From assembly GCA_041498715.1 (NCBI GenBank), contig JBGQIW010000002.1:8499-72498 (forward strand): a stretch of DNA of 64,000 bases, written 5' to 3'. Source of the DNA: Gemmatimonadota bacterium. GTDB lineage: Bacteria; Gemmatimonadota; Gemmatimonadetes; Gemmatimonadales; GWC2-71-9. The notes beneath the pieces were generated by a model. It worked only from the letters and a program-made list of their open reading frames with translations, made no database searches and was not told where the DNA came from. This document shows positions 1 through 9,503 of the stretch, one piece after another. The translations under genes were made by a program, and so were the position numbers. Within the stretch, counting starts at the first letter, position 1. Every line of letters starts with the position of its first letter.

Positions 1-99
1 GAGGCGAAGGCCAGGGCGGTGCTGCTGGCGCTCGCGCTGGCGACGGAGCTCGGCCGCCCCGCCGGGCCGCCGGACCGTCGCGGGCCGCCGCCCACCTGA
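1..99 (+). CDS. 3' end of an upstream gene (partial, unknown function)
   Basis: Open frame from the window edge to TGA at 97-99, with strong GC3 codon bias (EAKARAVLLALALATELGRPAGPPDRRGPPPT*). Too short to assign a function. Confidence 0.25.
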   Translation, partial: EAKARAVLLALALATELGRPAGPPDRRGPPPT

Positions 100-131
100 C
101 CAACTGCCGAAGCGGCGTTCATCTTACCGTC

Positions 132-1685
132 ATGCCCGCGTATCGCCTCGTCTCAACGACCGACGATCAACGCTTCGATCTGCCCCAGGGCAGGAGCGTG
201 GTCGTGGGACGCGGGGTCGAGAGCGATCTCACGGTCCTCGACCCGACGATCTCCCGCCGTCATGCCGAGCTGACGGCCGAGGCGGACGGCGTCGTGGTGA
301 AGGACCTTGGCTCGTCGAACGGGACCCACGTGAACGGACGCCGGCTGGCCGCCGGCCGGCTCACCCCCGGTGACTCGGTCACGTTCGGAAAGGTGTCCTA
401 CCACCTCGAGCTGGTGCCGCCGGCCCCGGATGTCCCCGCGCCGGCCCCGCCACCCGCCCCGCCGGCTGCAGGCGGAGAGACGATCGTCCGGCAGCTCGCG
501 GCCCGGGGCGTCGCGGAGGGGGAGGGGGCCGCGCGCAAGCTGTCGCTCCTGCTCTCCGTAGCGCACAAGCTCTCGGGCGAGTTCAATCTCGACCGTCTGC
601 TCGACACGATCGCGGACGTTTCCTTCGAGGTCATGCGGGTGGACCGGGTCTCGATTCTCCTACGGGGGGAGGGGCGGGACGATCTGGTGCCACGGCTCTC
701 GCGAACCCGGCTGGCCGACGTCGAGCTTCCCGAGCATGTGCCCCGCTCGATCGCCCGCAAGGCGCTCGAGGAGCAGGTGGCGGTGCTTACCCAGAATGCC
801 GCGACCGATCCCCGATTCAAGGGCCAGTCCATCCGGATGCAGAACGTGCGGAGCGCGATGTGCTCGCCGCTCATGGCCTCCGCGGACGAGGCGGTGGGCG
901 TGCTCTACGTGGACAACCTCACGGCGGAGAACGCCTTCACCGACGAGGACCTGCAGTTTCTGGTCGCCTTCAGCGGACTCGCCGCCGTGGCCATCCGCAA
1001 CTCCCGATACACGGAACAGACCCGGCGCGAGGCATTGGTGCGGTCGAACTTCGAGCGCTACTTCGCCCCCAACGTGGCGGCGGAGATCGTCCGCCAGAAC
1101 ACCCCCATTCGCCCCGGCGGCGAGCGCCGGGCCATCACAGTGCTCTTTGCCGACATCCGGGGGTTCAGCGCCATCGCGGAGCGGATGTCGCCCGACGCGA
1201 TCGCCCACCTCCTCACCGAGTACTTCAGCGAGATGGTGGACGTGATTTTCGAGCACGGCGGCACCCTCGACAAGTTCATCGGCGACGCCGTCATGGCGCT
1301 GTGGGGCACGCCCCTCGCACGGGAGAGCGACCCGCGGCGCGCGCTCGACGCCGCTCGCGCGATGCAACGGGCGGTGACCGGACTCAATGCCCGCTGGACC
1401 GCCGCCGGCCGTCCGGCGATCGGCGTCGGCATCGGGATCAATCGGGGCGAAGTGTTCGTCGGCAACATCGGAAGCCTCCGCCGCCTCGAGTACACCGCCA
1501 TCGGCGATCCGGTGAACGTCGCTCAGCGGCTGTCCTCGGCCGCGGCCGCGGGGGAGATTCTGGTGAGTGATGCCTTCCTCGCTGCGCTCGGGCGCAAGGA
1601 CGCGGCGGAACACCTGGGCGGGTCGGAGCTGCGCGGCAAGAGCCGGGCAGTCGAGGTCTATCGGGTGAAGGGCGAAGGGGACTGA
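132..1685 (+). CDS. FHA domain - GAF domain - class III adenylate/guanylate cyclase
   Basis: 517-aa ORF. N-terminal FHA signature (GRGVESDLTVLDPTISRRHAEL...GSSNGTHVNGRR), Pro/Ala linker, GAF-like middle region, and C-terminal cyclase motifs (ITVLFADIRGFS, FIGDAVMALWG, GINRGEVFVGNIG). Confidence 0.85.
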   Translation: MPAYRLVSTTDDQRFDLPQGRSVVVGRGVESDLTVLDPTISRRHAELTAEADGVVVKDLGSSNGTHVNGRRLAAGRLTPGDSVTFGKVSYHLELVPPAPDVPAPAPPPAPPAAGGETIVRQLAARGVAEGEGAARKLSLLLSVAHKLSGEFNLDRLLDTIADVSFEVMRVDRVSILLRGEGRDDLVPRLSRTRLADVELPEHVPRSIARKALEEQVAVLTQNAATDPRFKGQSIRMQNVRSAMCSPLMASADEAVGVLYVDNLTAENAFTDEDLQFLVAFSGLAAVAIRNSRYTEQTRREALVRSNFERYFAPNVAAEIVRQNTPIRPGGERRAITVLFADIRGFSAIAERMSPDAIAHLLTEYFSEMVDVIFEHGGTLDKFIGDAVMALWGTPLARESDPRRALDAARAMQRAVTGLNARWTAAGRPAIGVGIGINRGEVFVGNIGSLRRLEYTAIGDPVNVAQRLSSAAAAGEILVSDAFLAALGRKDAAEHLGGSELRGKSRAVEVYRVKGEGD

Positions 1686-1702
1686 TTGGGGACCGCGCCC
1701 GG

Positions 1703-2278
1703 CTAGGCGCGTCCAAAGTCGTAGCGGTGCCCGGCCCGCGCCAGGAGGTCCAGCACCAGCCGCACGGGAAGGCCCATCACGCCGAAGAAATCGCCGTCGA
1801 TCCGCTCGACCAGCGCCGCGCCATACCCTTGAATCCCGTACGCGCCGGCCTTGTCCATCGGCTCGCCGGTGGCGATGTAGGCCCGGAGGAAGTCGTCGTC
1901 CGCCGGGCGGAATGTCACCGCGGTGACGTCGGTCGCGGCCAGGAGCCCTTCGGGACTGCTCAGGGCTACGGCCGTGATCACCTCGTGGCGGCGCCCCTGG
2001 AGCCGGCGGAGCATCCGGAGCGCGTCGGCGGCGTCGGCCGGCTTCTCCAGCATGTCGCCGTCGACGACAACCGTGGTGTCCGCTCCGAGGACGAGACGCC
2101 CGGGAACGCTCGCTGCCTTCTCCCGTGCCAGGCGCTCGGCGTAGCCCCGCGGCGACTCGCCCGCGGCGCGGACCTCGGGGATATGCGAGGGCCGGACCTC
2201 GATGGGAATGCCGAGCATCTCGAGCAGCTGGCGCCGCCGGGGAGACCCCGACGCCAGCACCAGCAGCGGAGGGCTCAT
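1703..2278 (-). CDS. maf: Maf-like nucleoside triphosphate pyrophosphatase
   Basis: 191 aa. N-terminus [19 protein letters not shown] and C-terminal KAGAYGIQG are typical of the Maf family. ATGA overlap with dtd. Confidence 0.85.
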   Translation of the reverse strand: MSPPLLVLASGSPRRRQLLEMLGIPIEVRPSHIPEVRAAGESPRGYAERLAREKAASVPGRLVLGADTTVVVDGDMLEKPADAADALRMLRRLQGRRHEVITAVALSSPEGLLAATDVTAVTFRPADDDFLRAYIATGEPMDKAGAYGIQGYGAALVERIDGDFFGVMGLPVRLVLDLLARAGHRYDFGRA

Positions 2279-2718
2279 GCCGACCGCTCCAGAATGAGCG
2301 TCACCGGCCCGTCGTTGAGGAGCTCCACCTCCATCATCGCCCCGAACTCGCCGGTCTGGACCTCGAGCCCGCGCGCCCGGAGCCCGGCGACGAAGGCCTC
2401 GTAGAGAGGAATCGCCACCTCCGGCCGGGCCGCCTCGATGAAGGAGGGACGCCGGCCCTTCCCGGCATCGCCGTAGAGCGTGAACTGGGAGACGACGAGG
2501 ACGGCGCCCCGCACGTCGGCGAGGCCGAGGTTCAGCTTCCCCTCCGGGTCGGAAAAAAGCCTGAGTCCCGAGACCTTTTCCGCCATCCAGTCCACCTGCG
2601 CGGCGGTGTCGCCGTGGGTGAACCCCACGAGCAGGCAGAACCCGGTGCCGATGGCCCCGACCACTCGCCCCGCGATGGTCACCGACGCCCTCGAGACCCG
2701 CTGCAGCACCACTCGCAT
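2275..2718 (-). CDS. dtd: D-aminoacyl-tRNA deacylase
   Basis: 147 aa. [13 protein letters not shown]..., SQFTLYGD and GRRPSF motifs are characteristic of Dtd. Confidence 0.9.
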   Translation of the reverse strand: MRVVLQRVSRASVTIAGRVVGAIGTGFCLLVGFTHGDTAAQVDWMAEKVSGLRLFSDPEGKLNLGLADVRGAVLVVSQFTLYGDAGKGRRPSFIEAARPEVAIPLYEAFVAGLRARGLEVQTGEFGAMMEVELLNDGPVTLILERSA

Positions 2719-2803
2719 GACGCTCCCCCAGGGCCGGACGCCCGAAACCAGGGCGGGCTCAAAGCGGTTTAACTTAACCGGGCACCCAGAGACGGAAGGG
2801 CCG

Positions 2804-3697
2804 ATGAGAACGGGAACACTGACGACCAGATTGGGATTCGCGCGGCGCTACGCGCGGGCCGCATTGGCGGAAAGACGCCGGACCCGGTGTCCGGTCCCCG
2901 CGGCGCCGTTTCGCCCGACGCCGGAACAGTGGCCTGACGACCGGGCGACGTTCGCATGGCTGGGACACGCCACCGTGCTGGCCAACTTCTACGGGACCTG
3001 GATCCTCACCGACCCGGCGCTGGAGACGCGGATCGGGGTCGGCCGGGGCGTCGCCAAACTCGGTCCCCGGCGGCTGGTAGCGCCGGCGCTCCGGCCCCGG
3101 GACCTGCCAGCGCTCGACCTCCTGCTGCTTTCCCATGCCCACATGGACTACACCGACCTCGGGACGCTGCGGCGGCTCTCCCGGGACGTGCACGTGATCG
3201 TCCAGCCGGGCAACCGGGACCTGGTGCGGCGGTTCCGCCAGGTGGATGAGCTGCCGTGGGGCGGTCGGCTGGAGCTGGACGATCTGGAGATCGAGTCGGT
3301 GGAGGTGAAGCATTGGGGTGCGCGGATGATCACCGACCGGCACCGGGGCTACGGCGGGTACCTCCTCCGAAACCGCGGACGCACGATTCTGTTCGCGGGC
3401 GACACGGCGTTCACCGACGCGCTCACGCCCCTTGGCCGCTCGGGGCCCATCGATCTCGCCATCCTGCCGATCGGTGCGTATGACCCCTGGATCTACAACC
3501 ACGCCTCGCCCGAGCAGGCCTGGAGCATGGCCCGGGACATGGACGCCCGGCATGTGCTTCCCGTCCACCACTCGACCTTCCGGCTGAGCCGGGAGCCGGC
3601 CGAGGAGCCGATCGCCCGCTTGATGGCAGCCGCGGGACCCGAGCAGGACCGCGTTGCGCTTACCCGGGTCGGAGAGACCTGGGTCCTCCCCGAGTAG
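2804..3697 (+). CDS. Metallo-beta-lactamase-fold hydrolase (NAPE-PLD-like family)
   Basis: WLGHATVL..., [12 protein letters not shown] (variant of the HxHxDH motif) and FAGDTAF. The ATG at 2804 was chosen because the upstream part of the 2480 ORF overlaps dtd on the other strand. Confidence 0.7.
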   Translation: MRTGTLTTRLGFARRYARAALAERRRTRCPVPAAPFRPTPEQWPDDRATFAWLGHATVLANFYGTWILTDPALETRIGVGRGVAKLGPRRLVAPALRPRDLPALDLLLLSHAHMDYTDLGTLRRLSRDVHVIVQPGNRDLVRRFRQVDELPWGGRLELDDLEIESVEVKHWGARMITDRHRGYGGYLLRNRGRTILFAGDTAFTDALTPLGRSGPIDLAILPIGAYDPWIYNHASPEQAWSMARDMDARHVLPVHHSTFRLSREPAEEPIARLMAAAGPEQDRVALTRVGETWVLPE

Positions 3698-3723
3698 CCC
3701 TTCCCCCCCCCAAACGACGAAAA

Positions 3724-3746
3724 CCCCCGGGCACCAAGCCCGGGGG
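3724..3746. terminator. Bidirectional GC hairpin between convergent genes
   Basis: CCCCCGGGC-ACCAA-GCCCGGGGG is a perfect 9-bp stem. It has an A-run on the plus side, so a T-rich tract (TTTTCGTCGTTT) follows on the minus strand downstream of glmS. Confidence 0.5.
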
Positions 3747-3798
3747 CGGAAGAATCGACCAAATCGATGCCGATGTGGGGGCGTTATTTGTTCGCCCG

Positions 3799-5628
3799 CT
3801 ACTCCACCGTCACCGACTTGGCCAGGTTCCTCGGCTGATCGACGTTGCACCCCCGGCGCACCGCCACGTAATAGGACAGCAACTGCAGGGGGATACTCGT
3901 CAGAATCGGCGTCAGGACGTCCAGCGTCTCAGGAATCACGAATGTGGCATCCGCGAGCCGCTCGATCTCCGCGTCGCCCGCATTTACCAGAGCAATAACC
4001 TTGCCACCACGCGCCTTCACCTCCTCGATGTTCGACACGATCTTGGAGTGCACGGCATCCTGCGGCGCGATGAAGACGACGGGCATGTTCTCGTCGATCA
4101 AGGCGATCGGCCCGTGCTTCATCTCGGCGGCGGGATAGCCCTCGGCGTGGATGTAGGAGATCTCCTTCAGCTTGAGCGCGCCCTCGAGGGCTACGGGGAA
4201 GTTCACCCCGCGCCCGAGATACAGCGCATTGTGCGTGACGCTCAGGAAGCGGTCCGCGAGGCGCTCGATCTCGGCCGAGCGGGCCAGGATGTCGGCCATC
4301 TGCTCCGGCAGCCGGCTCAGGGCGTGAATGAACTGCCGCCCCTGCAGGATGCTGAGATTGCGGAGGCGGGCAATCCTGAGGGAGATGAGCGCCAGCGCGG
4401 CCACCTGGCTGGTGAAGGCCTTGGTGCTCGCCACCCCGACCTCGGGCCCGGCGTGCAGATAGATCCCGCCGTCCACTTCCCGGGCGATGGTGGAGCCGAC
4501 CACGTTCACGACCCCGACGGTCCGGGCGCCCCGCCGTTTCGCTTCCCGGATCGCGGCCAGCGTGTCGGCCGTCTCGCCGGACTGGGAGATCCCGATCACG
4601 AGGGTCTTCGGGTCCACGACGGGATTCCGGTAACGGAACTCGGACGCGTACTCGACCTCCACCGGAATCCGGGCCATTTCTTCCAGCATGTACTCGCCGA
4701 TGAGACCCGAGTGCCAGGAGGTGCCGCAGGCGGTGATGATGATGCGCTGGATCTGCTTCAGGTCGTCGTCGGTCAGATTGAGACCGGAGACGCGGGCGGT
4801 GCCTTCGTCCTCGAGCAAATGGCCCCGGAGCGTGTTGCGCAGGCTCTCCGGCTGCTCGAAGATCTCTTTGAGCATGAAGTGCGGGTATCCCCCGCGCTCG
4901 ATGGTCGCCAGGTCCCATTCGATCTGGTCCACCGGCTTGTCGATCTTGGCCGTCTCGAGGTTGCGGATTCGATAGCCGTCGCGGGTGAGGACGGCCATCT
5001 CGCCATCGTCGAGGTAGATCACCGACCGGGTGTACTGGAGCAGAGGCGACGCGTCGGAAGCCACGAACCACTCGTTCTCACCCACGCCCACGAGGAGCGG
5101 CGAGCCCTTGCGCGCTGCCACCAGGACGCCCGGCTCGTCCGCACAGACGAACGCCAGGCCGTAGGCGCCATCGACGTCGCGGAGCGCCGCGGCGACCGCT
5201 TCCTCGAGATTCCCGCGATAGAACTCGCCAACGAGATGGGCGAGCACCTCGGTGTCCGTCTCCGACTTGAAGCTGTGCCCGCGGTGCTCGAGCGCCTTCC
5301 GAATGACCGAGGCGTTCTCGATGATGCCGTTGTGGATGACGGCAATCCGGCCCGACTGGTCCGTGTGGGGGTGGGCGTTCGGGGTGGTCGGCGCGCCGTG
5401 CGTCGCCCAACGGGTGTGGGCGATCCCGAGCGTGCCGGTGGGGAGGTTGCCGTCGAGCTGCTGCTCGAGCGCCGAGATCTTGCCCGCGGCCTTCACGATC
5501 TCCAGGCCCTTGCCGTTGACGATCGCGATGCCGGAGGAGTCGTACCCGCGGTATTCAAGCCGCTTCAGTCCCTCGAGCAGCAGCCGTGCGGCCGGCCGAG
5601 GACCAATGTATCCAACGATGCCACACAT
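3799..5628 (-). CDS. glmS: Glutamine--fructose-6-phosphate aminotransferase
   Basis: 609 aa starting MCGIVGYIG (N-terminal catalytic Cys). Two SIS domains, C-terminus ...NLAKSVTVE. The upstream 47 codons of the track ORF were rejected. Confidence 0.95.
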   Translation of the reverse strand: MCGIVGYIGPRPAARLLLEGLKRLEYRGYDSSGIAIVNGKGLEIVKAAGKISALEQQLDGNLPTGTLGIAHTRWATHGAPTTPNAHPHTDQSGRIAVIHNGIIENASVIRKALEHRGHSFKSETDTEVLAHLVGEFYRGNLEEAVAAALRDVDGAYGLAFVCADEPGVLVAARKGSPLLVGVGENEWFVASDASPLLQYTRSVIYLDDGEMAVLTRDGYRIRNLETAKIDKPVDQIEWDLATIERGGYPHFMLKEIFEQPESLRNTLRGHLLEDEGTARVSGLNLTDDDLKQIQRIIITACGTSWHSGLIGEYMLEEMARIPVEVEYASEFRYRNPVVDPKTLVIGISQSGETADTLAAIREAKRRGARTVGVVNVVGSTIAREVDGGIYLHAGPEVGVASTKAFTSQVAALALISLRIARLRNLSILQGRQFIHALSRLPEQMADILARSAEIERLADRFLSVTHNALYLGRGVNFPVALEGALKLKEISYIHAEGYPAAEMKHGPIALIDENMPVVFIAPQDAVHSKIVSNIEEVKARGGKVIALVNAGDAEIERLADATFVIPETLDVLTPILTSIPLQLLSYYVAVRRGCNVDQPRNLAKSVTVE

Positions 5629-5642
5629 CCGCGCGTGGTCCT

Positions 5643-6995
5643 TTAGGTCAGGAGTTCTTGCCCTGCCGCTACCAACCGCTCTGCATCGACGGCCGTCGGG
5701 GCTTCGGCGATGAGCCGGACGACCGGCTCGGTACCGGAGGGGCGGACGTGCAGCCAGCGATCCCGCCATGCCAGCCGGAGTCCGTCCCGGTCATCCACAC
5801 TCGCATCCGGAAAGCGCTTCCGCATCCGGTCGAAGGACGGGCCAAGATCTTCTGCGCGCGGGGCTTTCGCCTTGAGGATGGTGTATCGCGGCGCGGAAGC
5901 TACCACGCGAGACAGGGGAGCCCCAACCTTGGCCAAATATTGCAAGATCAAGGCCACCCCAAGGGGGGCGTCGCGCCCGATGTGAAGGCCGGGAAGGATG
6001 ACGCCGCCGTTCCCTTCGCCGCCGATCACGGCCCCCTCTTCCCGGATCGCGCGGGCGACGTTCGCCTCGCCCACCGGAGCCCGCACGAACCGGGCGGTGA
6101 AGTCGCGGGCCGCGTCCTCTACTACCAGGCTGGTCGACAGGTTTGCGACCACAACCGGCTTGCCTCCCTGCGGGTTCCCCCGCCCGGAGAGCACCGCGCG
6201 GACCGCGAGGGCAAGGGTGTAGTCCTCCCCGATCGCGGTGCCGGTCTCGTCGACCAGCGCGAGCCGGTCCACATCGGGATCCACCGCCAGGCCCAGGTCC
6301 GCCGCACTCGAGCGGACCAAGTGTTCGAGATCACCGAGGTTCTCCGGGATCGGCTCGGGCGGATGGGGAAACCGCCCGTCGGGTTCGAGATGGATCCCCG
6401 TCATGCGCACACCGAGGCGCTCGAGCAACGGCGGGATCGCAACGGCCCCGGCGCCGCGCACGCAGTCAAGGGCAACGTGGAAGCCGCGCGCGCGAATCGC
6501 TGCGACGTCGATCACCGGCAAGGCCAGCACCGCATCGAGGTGGCGGGTCACCGCGTCGGGGTCCTCGTGGACGCGACCGATTCGGCTCCAGTCGGCCCGG
6601 GGCGGGCCCGCGTCCGCGAGCGCCCTGACGGCAGCGCCCGCCGCCGCGTCGAGGAAGATCCCGTCCGGGCCGACAAACTTGAGCGCGTTCCACTCGATCG
6701 GGTTGTGGCTCGCCGTGACGATGAGACCCGCGCCGGCGTGGTGGTGCTCGACCGCCAGCTGCACCGTCGGGGTCGGAACCATGCCTAGGTCCACCACGTC
6801 CACACCGGTCGACATCAGGCCGGCCACCGCCGCGCGCGCGAACATGGGACCGCTGGTGCGCGAATCCCGCCCGAGCACGACCAGCGGTCGCCCGGCCCGG
6901 CTGGCCCACGCGCCCAGCGCGGCGGCGTGACGGGCCACCAGCTCGGGGGTGAGGTCGGTGCCGACATGGCCCCGCATCCCCGAGACACTCACCAT
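5643..6995 (-). CDS. glmM: Phosphoglucosamine mutase / phosphohexomutase family
   Basis: Starts MVSVSGMRGHVG. Active-site loop TASHNP, metal loop DPDVDR and GEGNGG are present. Sits immediately upstream of glmS. Confidence 0.8.
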   Translation of the reverse strand: MVSVSGMRGHVGTDLTPELVARHAAALGAWASRAGRPLVVLGRDSRTSGPMFARAAVAGLMSTGVDVVDLGMVPTPTVQLAVEHHHAGAGLIVTASHNPIEWNALKFVGPDGIFLDAAAGAAVRALADAGPPRADWSRIGRVHEDPDAVTRHLDAVLALPVIDVAAIRARGFHVALDCVRGAGAVAIPPLLERLGVRMTGIHLEPDGRFPHPPEPIPENLGDLEHLVRSSAADLGLAVDPDVDRLALVDETGTAIGEDYTLALAVRAVLSGRGNPQGGKPVVVANLSTSLVVEDAARDFTARFVRAPVGEANVARAIREEGAVIGGEGNGGVILPGLHIGRDAPLGVALILQYLAKVGAPLSRVVASAPRYTILKAKAPRAEDLGPSFDRMRKRFPDASVDDRDGLRLAWRDRWLHVRPSGTEPVVRLIAEAPTAVDAERLVAAGQELLT

Positions 6996-7023
6996 CAGGG
7001 TGTCTGACACGATGTGCGGCGGG

Positions 7024-8073
7024 TTAGACGTGCAGCGGCAAGGCGGCGACGTCGGGGAACGCCGCCTGGAAGGCTTCCACGACGTCGGGATCAAAATGCA
7101 GCCCGGCGTGCTGCCGGAGCTCTTCGACTGCCTCGGCGGGCGTGCGCGAGGGACGGTAGGCCCGGGTCGTGGTCATCGCGTCGAAGGCGTCCACCACCGC
7201 CACGAGCCGTGCTTCCGCCGGGATCGCGTCGCCCCGGAGGCCGTCGGGGAAGCCCCCCCCGTCCATCCGCTCGTGGTGCGACCGGACGATCCGGAGCACC
7301 GAGGGCGACTCGGTCAGGAACGGGGCAAGGATACGCTCGCCGAGCATCACGTGGACCTTGATGTGCTCGAACTCAACTATGGTCAGCGGCCCCGGCTTGT
7401 TCAGAATGGCCTCCCGGGTGCCGATCTTGCCGATGTCGTGAAGCTCCCCGCCGAGGCGGATCGCCTCGAGCCGGTCGCCGGTGTAGCCGAGGTGCACGGC
7501 CGTCTTCACCGCGTAGCGGCTGACCCGGGCCGAGTGGCCGCTGGTGTAGGCATCCTTGGCCTCGAGCGCGTGCACCAGCATCTGCACGCCATTGATCAGC
7601 GACTGCTTGTTCCGCCGGTCCAGCTCCCCAACCCGGCTCTCCAGGTGCTGCTGGTAGAACCGGTTTTGCAGGATCAGCTCCCGCTTCTCCAGCGCCTTCT
7701 GGAGCCGGGCCCGCACTTCGTCGATGAGGACCGGCTTGGAGATGTAGTCCAGGGCCCCGAGCTGCAGGCATTCGACCGCGGTGCTCACCTCGGCGACCCC
7801 AGTGAGCATGATGATGGCCATGTCGGGGTAGAGCCGCAGCGCCTCGCGCAGGAAGGTCACGCCGTCCATCTCAGGCATGTAGATATCCGAAATGCAGACC
7901 GGCACTTCCCCCTGGATCCGGAGCACATCGAGCGCGTCCGCTCCCGAGGCGGCCTCGAGACACGCCAGGCCCTGCGACTCGATGACGCGCACCAGCGCGC
8001 CCCGGACCTGGGCGTCGTCGTCCACCACGAGGCAGCGGGCCGTCGTGGGCGCTTGGGAAGAGGGGGCGGTCAC
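7024..8073 (-). CDS. Response regulator with HD-GYP-type phosphodiesterase domain
   Basis: REC domain (CLVVDDD...DIYMPEMDG) followed by an HD-GYP-like domain (HSARV, ELHDIGKIG, HHERMDGGGFPDGL). The GTG start at 8073 is inferred; the track ORF runs to 8271 and would overlap the divergent neighbour. Confidence 0.8.
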   Translation of the reverse strand: MTAPSSQAPTTARCLVVDDDAQVRGALVRVIESQGLACLEAASGADALDVLRIQGEVPVCISDIYMPEMDGVTFLREALRLYPDMAIIMLTGVAEVSTAVECLQLGALDYISKPVLIDEVRARLQKALEKRELILQNRFYQQHLESRVGELDRRNKQSLINGVQMLVHALEAKDAYTSGHSARVSRYAVKTAVHLGYTGDRLEAIRLGGELHDIGKIGTREAILNKPGPLTIVEFEHIKVHVMLGERILAPFLTESPSVLRIVRSHHERMDGGGFPDGLRGDAIPAEARLVAVVDAFDAMTTTRAYRPSRTPAEAVEELRQHAGLHFDPDVVEAFQAAFPDVAALPLHV

Positions 8074-8171
8074 TCCGCGAAGGTACCGGCGGCTCCGGAA
8101 ATGTTCAACCTGGGCGCTTGCCGGGACGCGTCGAAAGCCGTTACGCTTCCGGCACTTCTGAGGCCTGAGAC

Positions 8172-9344
8172 ATGACCCGCGTGCTCCCCGATGTTCCCGA
8201 TGCCGGCTTCGCCACCCGGGCGATCCACGCCGGGCAGGTGCCCGACCCGCTCGCCGGCGCCGCGATGCCACCGATCTACCAGACGTCGACCTACATCCAG
8301 GAGGGACTCGGCCGCAACAAAGGCTACGAGTACGCCCGGACGCAGAATCCCACCCGCGAAGCGCTGGAGCGCAACGTGGCGAGCCTCGAAGGCGGCGCCC
8401 ACGGGTTTGCCTTCGGGTCCGGGCTGGCCGCGCTCGACGCCGTGCTCAAGCTCCTGAAGGCGGGCGACCACGTCGTCTGCGGCGAGAATGTCTATGGCGG
8501 CAGCATGCGCCTCATGACGCAGGTGTACACCGACCTGGGCCTCCGCTTCTCCTTCGTGGATATGCGCCGGATCGAGCCCATCGAGCAGGCGCTGACCCCG
8601 GCGACGAAGATGGTCTACTGCGAGACGCCCACCAACCCGATGATGTTCCTCACCGACCTCGCGGCGGTGGGCGACCTGACGCAGGCCCGCGGCCTCCTGT
8701 ACGTAGTGGACAACACGTTCGCCACGCCCTATTTCCAGCGCCCGCTCGCCTTCGGCGCCGACATCGTCCTCCACTCGACCACCAAGTACCTCAACGGGCA
8801 CAGCGACATTGTGGGCGGCCTGCTGGTCACCCGCCGGGACGATCTGGCGGAGCGGCTCGGGTTTCTCCAGAATGCGTCGGGGGCGGTGCCGGGGCCCATG
8901 GACTGCTGGCTTGCGCTCCGGGGTATCAAGACGCTTCCGCTCCGCATGCGCCAGCATGACGCCAACGGCCGCCGGCTGGCCCAGTGGCTCAACGGAAGGC
9001 GCGAAGTCACCAAGCTTTATTATCCCGGCCTCCCCTCCCACCCGCAGCACGAGCTCGCCTGCCGCCAGATGACCGGGTTCGGCGGGATGATCTCGCTCGA
9101 TCTCGGCAGCGCGGCACGGGCCCGTCGCTTCGTCGAAGCGGTCCGGGTGTTCGCCCTGGCCGAGTCGCTCGGCGGCGTGGAGAGCCTGATCGGGCACCCG
9201 GCCTCGATGACTCACGCCTCGGTTCCCGCCGGGCTCAGGGAGGCGATGGGACTCACCGAAAGTCTGGTGCGCTTGAGCTGCGGGTGCGAGGACCCCGAGG
9301 ACCTGATCCGGGATCTGGAGCAGGCTTTCGAGGCCAGCCGGTGA
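8172..9344 (+). CDS. Cys/Met-metabolism PLP enzyme (cystathionine gamma-synthase, gamma-lyase or beta-lyase family)
   Basis: 390 aa. ATRAIHAGQ, YARTQNPTR and STTKYLNGHSD (PLP lysine) motifs. The exact reaction cannot be told from sequence alone. Confidence 0.85.
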   Translation: MTRVLPDVPDAGFATRAIHAGQVPDPLAGAAMPPIYQTSTYIQEGLGRNKGYEYARTQNPTREALERNVASLEGGAHGFAFGSGLAALDAVLKLLKAGDHVVCGENVYGGSMRLMTQVYTDLGLRFSFVDMRRIEPIEQALTPATKMVYCETPTNPMMFLTDLAAVGDLTQARGLLYVVDNTFATPYFQRPLAFGADIVLHSTTKYLNGHSDIVGGLLVTRRDDLAERLGFLQNASGAVPGPMDCWLALRGIKTLPLRMRQHDANGRRLAQWLNGRREVTKLYYPGLPSHPQHELACRQMTGFGGMISLDLGSAARARRFVEAVRVFALAESLGGVESLIGHPASMTHASVPAGLREAMGLTESLVRLSCGCEDPEDLIRDLEQAFEASR

Positions 9345-9350
9345 ACTGCA

Positions 9351-9422
9351 ACTGCGAACCACAGAGGCACAGAGGCCAAACACGCAGATCTCAGTGACTC
9401 GGTGTTCTCTGTGGTTTGCAGT
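9351..9422. repeat. Palindromic CACAGAGGCAC-type repeat element, copy 1
   Basis: TGCGAACCACAGAG (9353-9366) pairs with CTCTGTGGTTTGCA (9407-9420). The core AACCACAGAGGCACAGAGGC recurs at 44391-44412. Starts 7 nt after the stop codon. Confidence 0.6.
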
Positions 9423-9503
9423 GAAGCTGAAAGCGGTGGTGCAAGTTGAAACAACGAGGCACGCGAAGCGTAGGTTAGGGCACCCCCCAGCCGTGAGCCG
9501 ACC

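Noticed and set aside
5629-5642. glmS ribozyme upstream of glmS.
   Set aside because: Only 14 nt separate glmM and glmS, so there is no room for the ribozyme. The genes appear to be co-transcribed.
3775-5646. Long ORFs antisense to or out of frame with recognised genes. Examples: 3775-5646(+), 8070-9935(-), 11480-13309(-), 16794-18341(+), 26312-27808(+), 28698-30473(+), 42278-43237(-).
   Set aside because: Their translations are Arg/Gly/Pro/Ala-rich low-complexity strings with no recognisable motifs. Each fully overlaps a gene with clear family signatures. Stop-poor alternative frames are expected in very GC-rich DNA.
8074-8171. Possible SAM riboswitch in the 98-bp region upstream of the Cys/Met PLP enzyme gene, which contains an AAAGC motif.
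   Set aside because: Too short and no recognisable SAM-I, SAM-II or SAM-V architecture by eye. The region is more simply a divergent promoter region.
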